This document shows, piece after piece, positions 44,289 to 55,041 of a stretch of 64,000 bases of DNA. Every line of letters starts with the position of its first letter. Position 1 is the first letter of the stretch. Made by a program: the position numbers and the translations under genes. The stretch is taken from positions 1 to 64,000 of IMG/VR virus record IMGVR_UViG_3300017978_000250. The stretch is one strand, 5' to 3'. The notes under the pieces are model-generated. The model did no database searches, had not been told where the DNA came from, and was given only the letters and a program-made list of their open reading frames with translations. The stretch comes from a virus. Taxonomy: Duplodnaviria; Heunggongvirae; Uroviricota; Caudoviricetes.

Positions 44289-45321
44289 AATCATAAAAAT
44301 AGAATCAACCCAACAGTCTCATATCTTATCAATCAGATGGAATCCTAACAACGTTTGTAATTACAAATGTGAATACTGTTGGCCTGATAACAATGCGGGA
44401 GATTCTCAATCCCCCAAAGACTTAGACCTTACTATTAAAAATTTCAATCATATGATTGAACGTTACAGAACAGAATTAGGAAAAACTAAAATACATCTAA
44501 GTATAGCTGGTGGCGAACCCACACTGTGGAAAGACCTTGCATTGTTCATAGAAGCAATTAAAAAAGAGAATGATATCTATTTCACTTTACTTAGTAATGG
44601 ATCAAGAACACTTAGATGGTGGAAAGAGTATGGACATCTGATAGACAATGCTCACTTGTCTTACCACATAGCACAAGCTGACCCTGACCACATGATTGCG
44701 GTAGCAGATACACTATTTGAACTAAACAAAAAAGTCACAGTAAAAGTATTGATGGATCGTAAGCATTGGCAAGCGGGCTTAGATGTTATTGAATACATGA
44801 AGAAGAATAGCAAACACAAATGGTTCATCATGTCCGGTGAAGTCATTGAACCAGAGGTTGTACAGATAGCAAACATCAAAGTTATCAATGCTGACGATAA
44901 ACAACTGACACCTAAGCAAAAAAAGTTCCTAAAGAATCCACTAAAGAGATTACCAAATCTGTTATGGATATGGAAAAATAGAAAACTAATCTTCGAGGGA
45001 CAAATGAGATTGTACGAGAGTGTGGCTCATTTTGAAGACAAGAAAACAGTCAAAGCAAAGTCTAATACGTATATCAACAGAAACTGGAACAACTTCGAAG
45101 GGTGGAGTTGCGATATAGGATTAGATAACGTTTACATACATTGGGACGGATCAATCAAGGGTGCTTGCAACCAAACTATATTTGGTTTGGATCATTCATT
45201 CAATATTCTAGATGAGAACTTCGTAGATACGTTTGATCCTAAATTTCAACCTTCAATTTGCACTAAGAAGAACTGCTATTGTTCTCCTGAAACACACTTA
45301 TCAAAGCGCAGACTTAGTTAA
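44281..45321 (+). CDS. radical SAM/SPASM enzyme (paralog group A)
   Basis: CNYKCEYCW, IAGGEPTLW, C-terminal WSCDIG...GACNQ...CTKKNCYC. Confidence 0.8.
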   Translation: MSKIIKIESTQQSHILSIRWNPNNVCNYKCEYCWPDNNAGDSQSPKDLDLTIKNFNHMIERYRTELGKTKIHLSIAGGEPTLWKDLALFIEAIKKENDIYFTLLSNGSRTLRWWKEYGHLIDNAHLSYHIAQADPDHMIAVADTLFELNKKVTVKVLMDRKHWQAGLDVIEYMKKNSKHKWFIMSGEVIEPEVVQIANIKVINADDKQLTPKQKKFLKNPLKRLPNLLWIWKNRKLIFEGQMRLYESVAHFEDKKTVKAKSNTYINRNWNNFEGWSCDIGLDNVYIHWDGSIKGACNQTIFGLDHSFNILDENFVDTFDPKFQPSICTKKNCYCSPETHLSKRRLS

Positions 45322-46197
45322 AGGAATATCGGCTGCACATGTGCAGTAGTTTCTATCACATATCACGGGCTCAACAGGGACAGTGAATGAATCGTTATAG
45401 ATATTCCCTAGACTGCCACCCACACGACAAGTAGCACGATGAACTTCCCCGTCCCAGTTAATCATCAGTGATTCTAAGCCCGCGTTACACTTCCAACCCT
45501 TGTATTGATTCTTGTGAAGTTTGATTACATCGTTGGCATGATACATTTCTTCTTTGTCTTTATAGAACAAGATAGTATTTGGACCCACAGTAGAATCACT
45601 AGCTAAGATATAGTCTAAGTCTTTCTGGTCATACTTCATATCGTCAAACAAATCGTGGTCGCCCTCTGTCCAGCGAACTCTACGAAGGTTATACTTGATA
45701 TTGTTTGCTTCTAGTATATGTACTGCTGAACGAACCTCATTCATTTTATCCTGATGACACATAACATTAACTAAGATATGTGCCCCGTGAATCTGTTCAT
45801 GTACTGTTTTAATAGTGTACAATACTTCTGCCCAATTATGCTCAAAGTGTAGACTGAACACGTATTGGTCAAGCAATTGCAATGTGTACCATAATGGCTT
45901 ACGTGTACCGTTAGTAGTCATACTCAGCCACATGTTCTTACTCTTGATATAACTAACTAACCGTTCAATGTCAGGGTGTACCGCCGGCTCTCCACCTGTT
46001 AAACTTAATCGAATAGGCTTTCCAATTTGAGCTAGTCTGTCTACTGTGTTTTGTAGTGTGTAATAATCAGTATGAGGGCTAAAGTTATCGTGGATATAAC
46101 TAGGACAGTAACTACAGTCGTAGTTACAACGCTTGCCCAAGTTCCATTCTACCTTGATACTATCGCCGTGATTCCATCTACTTTTTACTTTATACAT
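45301..46197 (-). CDS. radical SAM/SPASM enzyme (paralog group A)
   Basis: CNYDCSYCP, LTGGEPAVH, C-terminal WKCNAG...CRVGG...CDRNYCTCAAD. Confidence 0.8.
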   Translation of the reverse strand: MYKVKSRWNHGDSIKVEWNLGKRCNYDCSYCPSYIHDNFSPHTDYYTLQNTVDRLAQIGKPIRLSLTGGEPAVHPDIERLVSYIKSKNMWLSMTTNGTRKPLWYTLQLLDQYVFSLHFEHNWAEVLYTIKTVHEQIHGAHILVNVMCHQDKMNEVRSAVHILEANNIKYNLRRVRWTEGDHDLFDDMKYDQKDLDYILASDSTVGPNTILFYKDKEEMYHANDVIKLHKNQYKGWKCNAGLESLMINWDGEVHRATCRVGGSLGNIYNDSFTVPVEPVICDRNYCTCAADIPLTKSAL

Positions 46198-47000
46198 ACA
46201 ACACTTTCTACCTTATTATACTTTAATAGGGTGTCTTTGTCAACTACTGTAATCAAGTCTGCAACCGGAATCAACCCGATATTCAAGTTCTTAAATGGAA
46301 ACTTCTTAAACTTTGCCCAAACATTGATAACTCTCATTCTTAACCAATGAAGTATACTGTTAGATGAGGGTCCAAACTTTACCATAAAGTCTGCGCTATA
46401 ATGGGTTTGAGGTCTAATAGCCTCTGCTATCTTATCATTGTCTTTAAACGCATCTAACACAGTTTTCCCCACATGACAGTAGTTAACGTAAACTGTGCCT
46501 TGTTTCCACTTACATGTAAAGTGTTTTAAGTCTGATGAATCTAATTCACATCTTAGTCTATCCTTAAATGTAACCACTAGTGTTGGGTGCTTGTTAGATG
46601 TTCTAATATTTGATTCCATCTGATGGATCACAATGTTGAACTGGTCTACTGCTCTTTGTACATGCTCGGGGGCACTGTTGTACCAATCAGTGCCCACAGT
46701 TACTTCTCCCCGCAAGTCTTCAAAATATTTGTGAAGATAGTTCATATCGTCCTGAGTAGAATCTACACTAACTTTTCTATCAATGATACGTTGATATCGG
46801 TTGATGATATCAATCTGGGTATTCAATCGTTCGACATAAGTTTCTTTAGTCGTTCCCCAATTAGAAAATCTATCTGTTTCGTATAACGTATAGTTCTTAG
46901 CTACTTCATCAAACCATTTATGTGCAATAGGTGTGTCACGAACGCTGAACTCTAACTCAAGGTTATCAGTGTCATTAGCAATTGTTAACACTAGTTTCAT
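46185..47000 (-). CDS. hypothetical protein
   Basis: 271-aa ORF between radical SAM genes. Confidence 0.55.
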   Translation of the reverse strand: MKLVLTIANDTDNLELEFSVRDTPIAHKWFDEVAKNYTLYETDRFSNWGTTKETYVERLNTQIDIINRYQRIIDRKVSVDSTQDDMNYLHKYFEDLRGEVTVGTDWYNSAPEHVQRAVDQFNIVIHQMESNIRTSNKHPTLVVTFKDRLRCELDSSDLKHFTCKWKQGTVYVNYCHVGKTVLDAFKDNDKIAEAIRPQTHYSADFMVKFGPSSNSILHWLRMRVINVWAKFKKFPFKNLNIGLIPVADLITVVDKDTLLKYNKVESVVCIK

Positions 47001-48244
47001 ATAAACTCTTTAAACTCAGGCGTTACCGTAGTAAATGATTGACTACGAGTTTTATCTAGTCTATGGTTGAATTCGACACAATCACTCCACTTGTCTGACT
47101 GGTCACGTGCATTAAGATAATTGATGTTATCTTGTATTTGCCCTAATGTGTATGATAATAGCTGTGGGTGTTGCTTAACCATTTTAAAGTCTTTTACTTT
47201 AGACTTGATGTTCTCTAAACGCTCAACTGCTAAGTCTTTAAGTTCTCTAGGCAATACTTGTGCAGACAATACTTTAGGATACTCTACACGATGGGTGTGA
47301 AAGACAATACCCAAGTCATCCAAGAAGTATTCAATCATCTTATCTAATACAAGCACGTTAGACACTTGCACAGTTACAGCTCCCACGATACGGCTAATGT
47401 TTGAGATAGATTGAATCTCTTTGATATTAGCTATCATTGTGTCCCAATTAGCATTTCCACGAACATATTCGTAACTATCACCAATGCCATCAATAGACAC
47501 GTTCACGGCTACTGATTTGAACTTAGGCCAGTATTCGTATATGTTACGTGAGCCTTTACCCAGCATACTTAAATTAGTAGCATATTTAATTTCAATCTGA
47601 TGTCCATATTGACTGAGCATATCTAAGATACGATAGTGTTGCGGGTCCATTAAGGGCTCACCACCAGCAAACTCTACTCTACGGAAGTGAGGCAATAGCT
47701 TCTCTAATGAACTCCACCACTCAGGGTTATCTTGGAACTTATCTAAGTGGGGCTTGTTCTCTAAGTTGTGTTCTTCTACAATAGCGTACATGATATTGTT
47801 TTCGTTCTTATAGAACTCTTTAACTTCACTCCAGTCGTTCCACGATGTACTGTCCATTGGATGACACATTCTGCACTTTAAATTGCATAGATTGTTCAAC
47901 TTTAATTCCATAGTAGGAATCTCGAAGGGCATAACTTCTTGTAAGACAGTGTTAGGATATAAGTTAATTCGTGCTTCGGGAATCTTACCCGAGATATGTC
48001 GCATACGTAATGATTCAACACCCTGATCCTCTAAGCTAAAGCATGGCTCACACTCGCTAGGACGCTCGTCATTTAACACTTGACGACGGATACGTTGCAT
48101 TGTATCGTTATTCCAGATTTCTTCTAACGTATTATCTTGTATATTACCCACAGGGTGACTACGACAGCAAGCACATATTGCTCCATCTTCTCGTGTAGCT
48201 AACCCAGTGAAGGGATGCATACAGAATGTTTTACTTTGATTCAT
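46997..48244 (-). CDS. radical SAM enzyme with N-terminal Cys-rich extension (group C)
   Basis: N-terminal FCMHPF...CACCRS...CEPC; CNLKCRMC CxxxCxxC; FAGGEPLMD. Confidence 0.8.
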   Translation of the reverse strand: MNQSKTFCMHPFTGLATREDGAICACCRSHPVGNIQDNTLEEIWNNDTMQRIRRQVLNDERPSECEPCFSLEDQGVESLRMRHISGKIPEARINLYPNTVLQEVMPFEIPTMELKLNNLCNLKCRMCHPMDSTSWNDWSEVKEFYKNENNIMYAIVEEHNLENKPHLDKFQDNPEWWSSLEKLLPHFRRVEFAGGEPLMDPQHYRILDMLSQYGHQIEIKYATNLSMLGKGSRNIYEYWPKFKSVAVNVSIDGIGDSYEYVRGNANWDTMIANIKEIQSISNISRIVGAVTVQVSNVLVLDKMIEYFLDDLGIVFHTHRVEYPKVLSAQVLPRELKDLAVERLENIKSKVKDFKMVKQHPQLLSYTLGQIQDNINYLNARDQSDKWSDCVEFNHRLDKTRSQSFTTVTPEFKEFI

Positions 48245-49097
48245 TTTCCAAGTACCTTAATAATGGACTGACACCCACGGGCTGATTATCTTTTAATGCT
48301 AGATAAATTGATTTAGTAGGGGTTAAATTAAAGTCCCTGCATACTTTATAATAATTATTACCATGCTTATTCCATAAGTAATCTACGGGGAACTTTCTAA
48401 CAAAATGTAATCCAATCATACTTAATGCACGATTGTTCATCCTAAAGTCATTCATTATTGTAACACTATCGGGTTCTGTTTGTCTAGTGTATCGTAGCCC
48501 GATTCTATTCCAACCCAATCCCAAACCCTTGCTTAGACTTATTCCCACTGACTTGATACTTGGGTGGCTAAAATCAAAGTCAATATCTCTACAACATGTT
48601 ACCCAAGCTCCGTCAATATGTACGTCTACTTTCTTCTCTAGTGCTTCGTCTAGTATGTCTGTCATGTGTTCGTGCTTTGCCCCAATTCTGGGAAAGGGCA
48701 TTGCTATGATTATGGGTAAGTTTTTAACTAAGCTACCCGGCTCAACATAGTAGATGCAACGCTTTAAACGTTCATGGTAACGATAATCCCCATTTAACAC
48801 TTGGGGAGGGTTATCGTGCATCATATAGATATTATCTATATATTGAGTACACCCGTTTATAATGTCAACACGGGTAAAGTCTTCAATACCCGTTAATGTA
48901 TTCAAGTTACTATTAAAGATATAGTCGTGTGCTTCACGTTTGAAATTGTCATATACACTGTCTGTAATGTCTTTATCTAAGTAGCCACTCAGTACTTCTT
49001 GTATTGTCTTTTCAATTAAGTTATCTGTTAACGGACTTGGACGTTCAATTTCTAAGAATTTGTCCGAATATTCTGTAGCCACTCTAATGCGATTCAT
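48231..49097 (-). CDS. hypothetical protein
   Basis: 288-aa ORF; no confident motif. Confidence 0.55.
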   Translation of the reverse strand: MNRIRVATEYSDKFLEIERPSPLTDNLIEKTIQEVLSGYLDKDITDSVYDNFKREAHDYIFNSNLNTLTGIEDFTRVDIINGCTQYIDNIYMMHDNPPQVLNGDYRYHERLKRCIYYVEPGSLVKNLPIIIAMPFPRIGAKHEHMTDILDEALEKKVDVHIDGAWVTCCRDIDFDFSHPSIKSVGISLSKGLGLGWNRIGLRYTRQTEPDSVTIMNDFRMNNRALSMIGLHFVRKFPVDYLWNKHGNNYYKVCRDFNLTPTKSIYLALKDNQPVGVSPLLRYLENESK

Positions 49098-49137
49098 TGA
49101 AATATTTATAGAACAGTCCCGTAGATTAAATATTTTG

Positions 49138-50568
49138 ATGAATAAAACTTTCTGGATGCAACCCGCTGAGACTCAAATAGGTAAATGGCAACAACAAATC
49201 AAAGACGTTTCTGGATCAAACAGCTTCTGTGTTTTACCCTGGATTCACTTAGCCACTAGACCCAATGGTGATATGCGTATCTGCTGTGTTGCAAACGCAT
49301 CAGGGGCAGACACTGGGGATTATACTGTAGGGTTAGTTAAAATGGAAGACGGTGAACCCGCTAACTTTGCTAAAGACTTACCCACAGAAGCATTCAACAA
49401 TGATTACATGAAGTCAGTACGTAAGACTATGCTTGAAGGCAAAGTTCCTGCTAGTTGTACTAAGTGCTTTAAAGAAGAGGAAGAGGGTATTGCTAGTAAG
49501 CGTATCTGGGAGACAGGAACTTGGTACTTACAAGAACAATTAGATATACAAGAACTAATTAAAGAAACAGAAGAAGACGGAACTGTTCCATATAAGTTAA
49601 GATATCTTGATTTACGTTTAGGACATACTTGTAATTTAAAGTGTGTCATGTGCAGCCCGCACGACTCTAGCTTGTGGGTGTCTGAACACAAGAAGATTAT
49701 TCCTCTAATACAAAGCCCATTGATTCAAAAGCAAATGGCTTGGGAACCAGGATCGTTTAATAATCAATGGCATGAGAACCCTGAGTTCTGGGATCAAGTG
49801 TACGACCAAATCCCTAACATTAAACAGTTATACTTTGCGGGTGGTGAACCTCTATTAATTAAAGAACACAAAACATTCTTATTAGAGATTATTAAGCGAG
49901 GATATGCAGATAAGATTAGCTTACGTTATAACAGTAATGGTATCTTAGTCAATGACGAGATTATTGAGATTTGGGAACAGTTTAAGAAAGTTAAAGTGGG
50001 TATTAGTCTTGACGGTTTAGGAGAAAGAGTTGGATATATTCGTTATCCAACAGACTTTAAAACAGTAGAGAAAAACATCTGGCGCTTAGAGCAAACTAGC
50101 GATAAGATACAAACAAACATTGCATTAGCTGTACAGATATTGAATATCAAACACATCCCAGACTTTATCAAGTGGAAAGTCATGTCAGGATTTAAGAAGT
50201 TAAACTTAGATAAGAATGCTGCGGGTCAAACAGCAGGTGGCGGCTTATGCGGAGTTCATCTATTATGGATTCCAACGTGGTTAAGTCTACGTGTATTGCC
50301 CAAAGAAGACAAACTACATGTACGTGAGTTGTTTAGTGAACTAAAACAATGGCTGTGGGATAACTATACTCAAGACGATGAATTCTGGAAAGTTAACCCC
50401 TATGGGTGGAAACGTTGGGAGGGTATATTAGACTGGATGGACGCAGAAGACCATACTAATCTACTTCCAGACTTCCGTGAGTATATTACTACACTAGACA
50501 AACAACGTAAGACAGACTTTAAAGAAGTATTCCCAGAGCTTGGTCATTTATTATTATCCGATAAGTGA
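49138..50568 (+). CDS. radical SAM enzyme with N-terminal Cys-rich extension (group C paralog)
   Basis: FCVLPW...CCVAN...CTKC; CNLKCVMC; FAGGEPLLI; start moved to MNKTFW to avoid a divergent start overlap. Confidence 0.75.
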   Translation: MNKTFWMQPAETQIGKWQQQIKDVSGSNSFCVLPWIHLATRPNGDMRICCVANASGADTGDYTVGLVKMEDGEPANFAKDLPTEAFNNDYMKSVRKTMLEGKVPASCTKCFKEEEEGIASKRIWETGTWYLQEQLDIQELIKETEEDGTVPYKLRYLDLRLGHTCNLKCVMCSPHDSSLWVSEHKKIIPLIQSPLIQKQMAWEPGSFNNQWHENPEFWDQVYDQIPNIKQLYFAGGEPLLIKEHKTFLLEIIKRGYADKISLRYNSNGILVNDEIIEIWEQFKKVKVGISLDGLGERVGYIRYPTDFKTVEKNIWRLEQTSDKIQTNIALAVQILNIKHIPDFIKWKVMSGFKKLNLDKNAAGQTAGGGLCGVHLLWIPTWLSLRVLPKEDKLHVRELFSELKQWLWDNYTQDDEFWKVNPYGWKRWEGILDWMDAEDHTNLLPDFREYITTLDKQRKTDFKEVFPELGHLLLSDK

Positions 50569-50584
50569 CTCGATAAATATCAAG

Positions 50585-51265
50585 ATGCTAGTCAAGACGA
50601 ATCATTCAGTTCCATTGCATCTAATTAATACTGCTAGGGAAGAATTTAATTTTACAGAGTTTAGAACTTCAATTAATAAACCCACAGGAAACTTCTTTTA
50701 CGATCCATGGGAAATTAAAGATGAGTTTAAAAATACTATCTGGGAACAACTGTTAGATACGTTGCCCTACACTGTGGGTGAAGCAAGAGTTATTAATCTT
50801 AAAATGGGTACTTGTTATCAAAGTCACAGTGACATTGATGATAGATATCACTTAAACATTCAGGGTGATATATCCTACTTAGTTAACCTTGACACTGACA
50901 CAATGCACAGAGTTACTAACGATGGGTTTTGGTACGATTTAGACGCTGGATTTAGACACTCAGCAGTTAACGTGGGTGTAGAGTACAGACTTCAACTAGT
51001 TGTTAGGAAATTACTATTAAACAACGAAGTTTCTAACCCCACTAATATCACTATTAAATCCCCTCTATCTAATGTTGATAGAACAAGATTCATGTTTGAC
51101 AATCAACTTAGTGGCATATTAAATAAGTACAATAAAACTAATATCATTAACAAGTTCAATCCTGCCGTTGACGGATTATCCGTAAGTATGACAATTAACT
51201 CAGATTACATAAGCGAACTAGAAAGTTTGTTGCCCCCAAATTTTTACATTGAAAGAATAACATGA
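50585..51265 (+). CDS. cupin / aspartyl-asparaginyl beta-hydroxylase-like oxygenase (HxD...H)
   Basis: QSHSDIDDRYH ... FRHSAVN; HxD plus distal His. Confidence 0.5.
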   Translation: MLVKTNHSVPLHLINTAREEFNFTEFRTSINKPTGNFFYDPWEIKDEFKNTIWEQLLDTLPYTVGEARVINLKMGTCYQSHSDIDDRYHLNIQGDISYLVNLDTDTMHRVTNDGFWYDLDAGFRHSAVNVGVEYRLQLVVRKLLLNNEVSNPTNITIKSPLSNVDRTRFMFDNQLSGILNKYNKTNIINKFNPAVDGLSVSMTINSDYISELESLLPPNFYIERIT

Positions 51266-51948
51266 TTGACAACACTAACTGGGAATTTATCCGCAAAATA
51301 GAAGAAGGATATGAATGCTCAACTAACGTACTATACGTTCCCACAATAAGCCCAGAGAAAGATAAAATGTGTATGCACTTCACGGAAGATGCAGCAGAAT
51401 ACATGAGGGGTAGCTGTGTTCCTCGCACCCCTGAATTAATGGAGACTTTTTTCCAGCGTGAATTAAAATACTTAACACTATTTCAAGGAAAGCCATGGTG
51501 CCCTGAGATATTTGACGTTGATCCTGTCGAACGAAAGATTCTCGTAGAATTCAATAAAGAGAGTCTTAATAAGCCTATTAGGACTGAGAGCAGGTCGTTA
51601 GATAGTGAGTTCCCAACTTGGAAACAAGATTTATTCGAAATTATCAAGGATGTACACGACTCAGGTTATATCAAGTCTTCTTTATACCCTCACTGTTTCT
51701 TTTATACTAACTCAGGACAAATGAAGATGATTGATTACTATGCAACCATAGAAAAAGATGATACTTTACTTCATAAGAGTTTAATTGAGCCAATTATCGG
51801 TGTTGATTCTCATCAACGATTTGTTGAAGTGAAGGAAGGGGATTATTATCAAATGAGGGATCATTTTAAAAACTCATTGAAGACTTGGATTAAATGGCCT
51901 GGGGATCCCTTGCCTGAGTTCTTTGAAACGATTTTTGGTAATAAATGA
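51262..51948 (+). CDS. hypothetical protein (paralog of 59420-60109)
   Basis: Shared motif SLYPHCFFY..G.MKMIDYYA versus SLHPSSYFIVDGKLKSMNYFFA. Confidence 0.55.
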   Translation: MIDNTNWEFIRKIEEGYECSTNVLYVPTISPEKDKMCMHFTEDAAEYMRGSCVPRTPELMETFFQRELKYLTLFQGKPWCPEIFDVDPVERKILVEFNKESLNKPIRTESRSLDSEFPTWKQDLFEIIKDVHDSGYIKSSLYPHCFFYTNSGQMKMIDYYATIEKDDTLLHKSLIEPIIGVDSHQRFVEVKEGDYYQMRDHFKNSLKTWIKWPGDPLPEFFETIFGNK

Positions 51949-53411
51949 GTAATCATACACTATTAGTAAATGTAATGCTCACTGAAGCATACCCTAGACA
52001 TGCAGGGGTATACAGGATTGCAACGTTTCTAAGAGAACTAGACTGGGACTGTGAAGTTTTAGACTATACTCTAGTTTGGTCATTGAGTGAACTAAAAGAG
52101 TTTGCACGGTCTAGAATAACTAAAGACACTAAGTTTATTGGCTTTAGTCAGTTGTTCACTGCTTGGACACCTATCATGGAAGACTGGTGTGCTTGGATGA
52201 GAGAAACATGGCCGCACTTAATCTTCATTGCCGGAGCGCCTGCGCCTCCTACATATGAATCAAAACAATTAGATTATTACGTCAGCGGTTACGGTGAAGA
52301 AGCACTAATTGTTCTATTAAAGTATTTGTTTTCGAACGGTCCTAGACCCATATTTGATTTAAGTATATCTACTTCAAAGAAGATAATCAGCGCAGATAAA
52401 AATTATAAAGCATTTCCTTACCCCAAGTTAACTACTCTATATGAAGAAAGAGATTTTATTCGTCCTGAAGAATGGATTGCAATAGAAACATCACGCGGGT
52501 GCATCTTTAAATGCGACTTTTGTAGCTTTCCTATCCTTGGGGTAAAAGAAGATTACACTAGGTCACAAACTGACTTTGAAGTTCAAGTTAAAGAGTCTTA
52601 TGATAAGTGGGGAATTACTAAGTTTAATGTCGTAGATTCAACGTTCAACGACAGAATTGACAAGATAGAAAAATATGCAGACGTTGTTCAGTCACTCCCG
52701 TTTAAGCCATTGTTCGGTGGTTATATTCGAGGAGATTTGTTAGTTACTAGACCCAGAGATAGAGAAGAATTAGCTCGAATGAACTTTGTACAACATTACT
52801 ATGGAGTAGAGAGTTTTAATAAACCATCAGCAAAAGCAATTCACAAAGGATTAGACCCCGAGAAAATGAAAGAGGGTTTAATGGGTGTTAGAGACTATTT
52901 TGTTGATAAAGTTAAAGAAGACTATGTGGGTTGTATTGGATTAATTATTGGTCTACCCCACGAGACTAAAGAAACTATAGCCAACAGCTTTCAGTGGTTA
53001 GAAGACAATTGGAGTGACCAAGCACACTCACTTATACCATTAGCAATTTGGCGTAAAGAGTTTACTAATAACACAAGTGCTATCTCATTAGATTATGAGA
53101 AATATGGTTATTCTGAAATGTCAATTGAAGAAGGTCTACAACGTGCTAAAGAAAAAAATGTAAATTTTTATATCGATTCAGACCCATCAGATGCATTAAC
53201 ACCTGATTCAGGCATCACATTAATTTCTGAAAGACTTTGGAAGAATGAGCATATGGATATATTTGATGCTCATAGAATATGGCAGGATGCTAACGAAAGA
53301 ATGTGGTGGAGAGATAATCACTTCTCAGCAGGAAGAAAAGTCATACAAGAGTTAATAGTAGAAGGTAAGCCATTCGTTGAATGGTATAAAGATAAAAAGT
53401 TAGGAAAATAA
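51945..53411 (+). CDS. B12-binding-domain radical SAM enzyme (class B-like)
   Basis: N-terminal Rossmann-like B12-binding-type region, ETSRGCIFKCDFCSFP CxxxCxxC; paralog of 56847-58310. Confidence 0.75.
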   Translation: MSNHTLLVNVMLTEAYPRHAGVYRIATFLRELDWDCEVLDYTLVWSLSELKEFARSRITKDTKFIGFSQLFTAWTPIMEDWCAWMRETWPHLIFIAGAPAPPTYESKQLDYYVSGYGEEALIVLLKYLFSNGPRPIFDLSISTSKKIISADKNYKAFPYPKLTTLYEERDFIRPEEWIAIETSRGCIFKCDFCSFPILGVKEDYTRSQTDFEVQVKESYDKWGITKFNVVDSTFNDRIDKIEKYADVVQSLPFKPLFGGYIRGDLLVTRPRDREELARMNFVQHYYGVESFNKPSAKAIHKGLDPEKMKEGLMGVRDYFVDKVKEDYVGCIGLIIGLPHETKETIANSFQWLEDNWSDQAHSLIPLAIWRKEFTNNTSAISLDYEKYGYSEMSIEEGLQRAKEKNVNFYIDSDPSDALTPDSGITLISERLWKNEHMDIFDAHRIWQDANERMWWRDNHFSAGRKVIQELIVEGKPFVEWYKDKKLGK

Positions 53412-53412
53412 G

Positions 53413-53985
53413 ATGAACTTTAAAAACGCAAAATTCGTAGATATTGAAATCCCAATCGATTGGCAATCATTACTAGAAAATGTGAAGCCGCAACAAGGTG
53501 TAGAGATTACAACAGACCCAGCAATTTGGAGAATGGAAGTACCCGCTTACACAGAGATTCTTAATATATGGGATAAGGCTAACTATCCTAATGATGCAGT
53601 TAAATGGATTAACTACTATCCCGGGCAACATTACTCTGAGGATGATATTGATAGAACGTTATGTCAGTATTTAAATGTCAAATATCGCAGGTCTTGGCTT
53701 AGTAGAATCGACCCGGGATATTCTGCACCATGGCATTGGGATGTTGAAGATGATGCTGAGGAAGAAGAAAATGCACTGCGTTTCAGTGTATTCTTAGGAG
53801 ACGGAAAACTCGGACATATCTTTATCTTAGGTGGAGAGAGTGGAGAACCCGGCAACGAAGACTACTTTATCAATATGAAGCATGGTTCTATCATTGAATG
53901 GAATAACTATCATAATTGGCACATTGGGGCAAACATCGGTTTACAACCAAAGTATATGTACCATCTCAAGGCAACTCGCTTGTGA
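53413..53985 (+). CDS. cupin / Asp-beta-hydroxylase-like oxygenase
   Basis: APWHWDVEDD ... HIGAN; HxD...H arrangement. Confidence 0.5.
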   Translation: MNFKNAKFVDIEIPIDWQSLLENVKPQQGVEITTDPAIWRMEVPAYTEILNIWDKANYPNDAVKWINYYPGQHYSEDDIDRTLCQYLNVKYRRSWLSRIDPGYSAPWHWDVEDDAEEEENALRFSVFLGDGKLGHIFILGGESGEPGNEDYFINMKHGSIIEWNNYHNWHIGANIGLQPKYMYHLKATRL

Positions 53986-54523
53986 TATCTCGCCATTTCT
54001 TAAATCTAGCATCATCTATCTTATCTACGTAAAGTAACGGAAAGTCTAAGCTAGAATTAAGAATAAATTTAATAGTCTCTACTATATAATCTGGGTCAAT
54101 CTTATTATCTTTTTCGGGACCATTAACTTGAAAGCCACTCGTTATTAAATGAGTGGTTTTTATATTTTCACTAGCAAGACTAAGACTACGGTTGCGGGTA
54201 GAGAGTTTCTCAGCACTAGTTACTGTATCTAACTTACGCCATTCATCAAACTCTAGCACAGACCCAATAGATATAATATGTCCGTGTGTCCATGAGTTAT
54301 ATACGTCAGTTAACGCTTTTTCTTGGAAGCCCATGTAAATCTGTGCATGGTTAATGAATACATCATACTCTTTAGCTATCTCTAAGAAGTTAGAATAACC
54401 TTCAGTTGATGTTAAATCAAACCCTGAACTCTTACTAATAAACTTAGTATCGGGGTAATATTTTTCTAAACTTCTTGCAATTCCCCCGTGTTCAGGATTA
54501 CCCGTACATATAATCTTAGTCAT
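53966..54523 (-). CDS. Rossmann-fold protein (possible NAD(P)-dependent dehydrogenase/epimerase-like)
   Basis: N-terminal KIICTGNPEHGGIARSL glycine-rich dinucleotide-binding-like motif. Confidence 0.45.
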   Translation of the reverse strand: MTKIICTGNPEHGGIARSLEKYYPDTKFISKSSGFDLTSTEGYSNFLEIAKEYDVFINHAQIYMGFQEKALTDVYNSWTHGHIISIGSVLEFDEWRKLDTVTSAEKLSTRNRSLSLASENIKTTHLITSGFQVNGPEKDNKIDPDYIVETIKFILNSSLDFPLLYVDKIDDARFKKWRDITSELP

Positions 54524-55040
54524 GTAGTGTTATCTGTAATGTATATCGAATATTATAGCTTAGATTACAAGCAGCATGAATACATTCAGGATCGCTCCAC
54601 TCGAATAAGTCACCCTTCTTATAATTTGTTGCTAGAAAGTCGTCAAATACAAATACATGTCCTGGCTCATAATCTTGCAAGAACATAGTATATCTTACTG
54701 GATTCGAGACTTCAACTAAGTGAGGATCAATGTGCATAGTCTGCATTTGTCCCGGTAAGTACTTAACAAACCACCAATGACAGTGTTTTCTTTCTTTAGG
54801 GAGTTCGGGTAGTGTAATCTCAAAACCCTGCATGTCTTTACTTCTAGTATTAAACTGCTGAAAATAAGGAGTTTCTTTCTCAAAGAAGGGTCTAGCACTC
54901 TCTCTGAACTTATCTAGTGTAGGATGTCCTGCCCATCTGTCTGGTTGCCATACGGGAATCTTGTCGCCGTTGCTAGAAGATAGATGATTCATTAACTCAT
55001 CAGTCACCCAGTCTTTTTCGTTTTTAATAAATTCAAACAT
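54516..55040 (-). CDS. cupin / Asp-beta-hydroxylase-like oxygenase (tandem paralog 1)
   Basis: WWFVKYLPGQMQTMHIDPH ... HAACNLS. Confidence 0.55.
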   Translation of the reverse strand: MFEFIKNEKDWVTDELMNHLSSSNGDKIPVWQPDRWAGHPTLDKFRESARPFFEKETPYFQQFNTRSKDMQGFEITLPELPKERKHCHWWFVKYLPGQMQTMHIDPHLVEVSNPVRYTMFLQDYEPGHVFVFDDFLATNYKKGDLFEWSDPECIHAACNLSYNIRYTLQITLHD

Positions 55041-55041
55041 A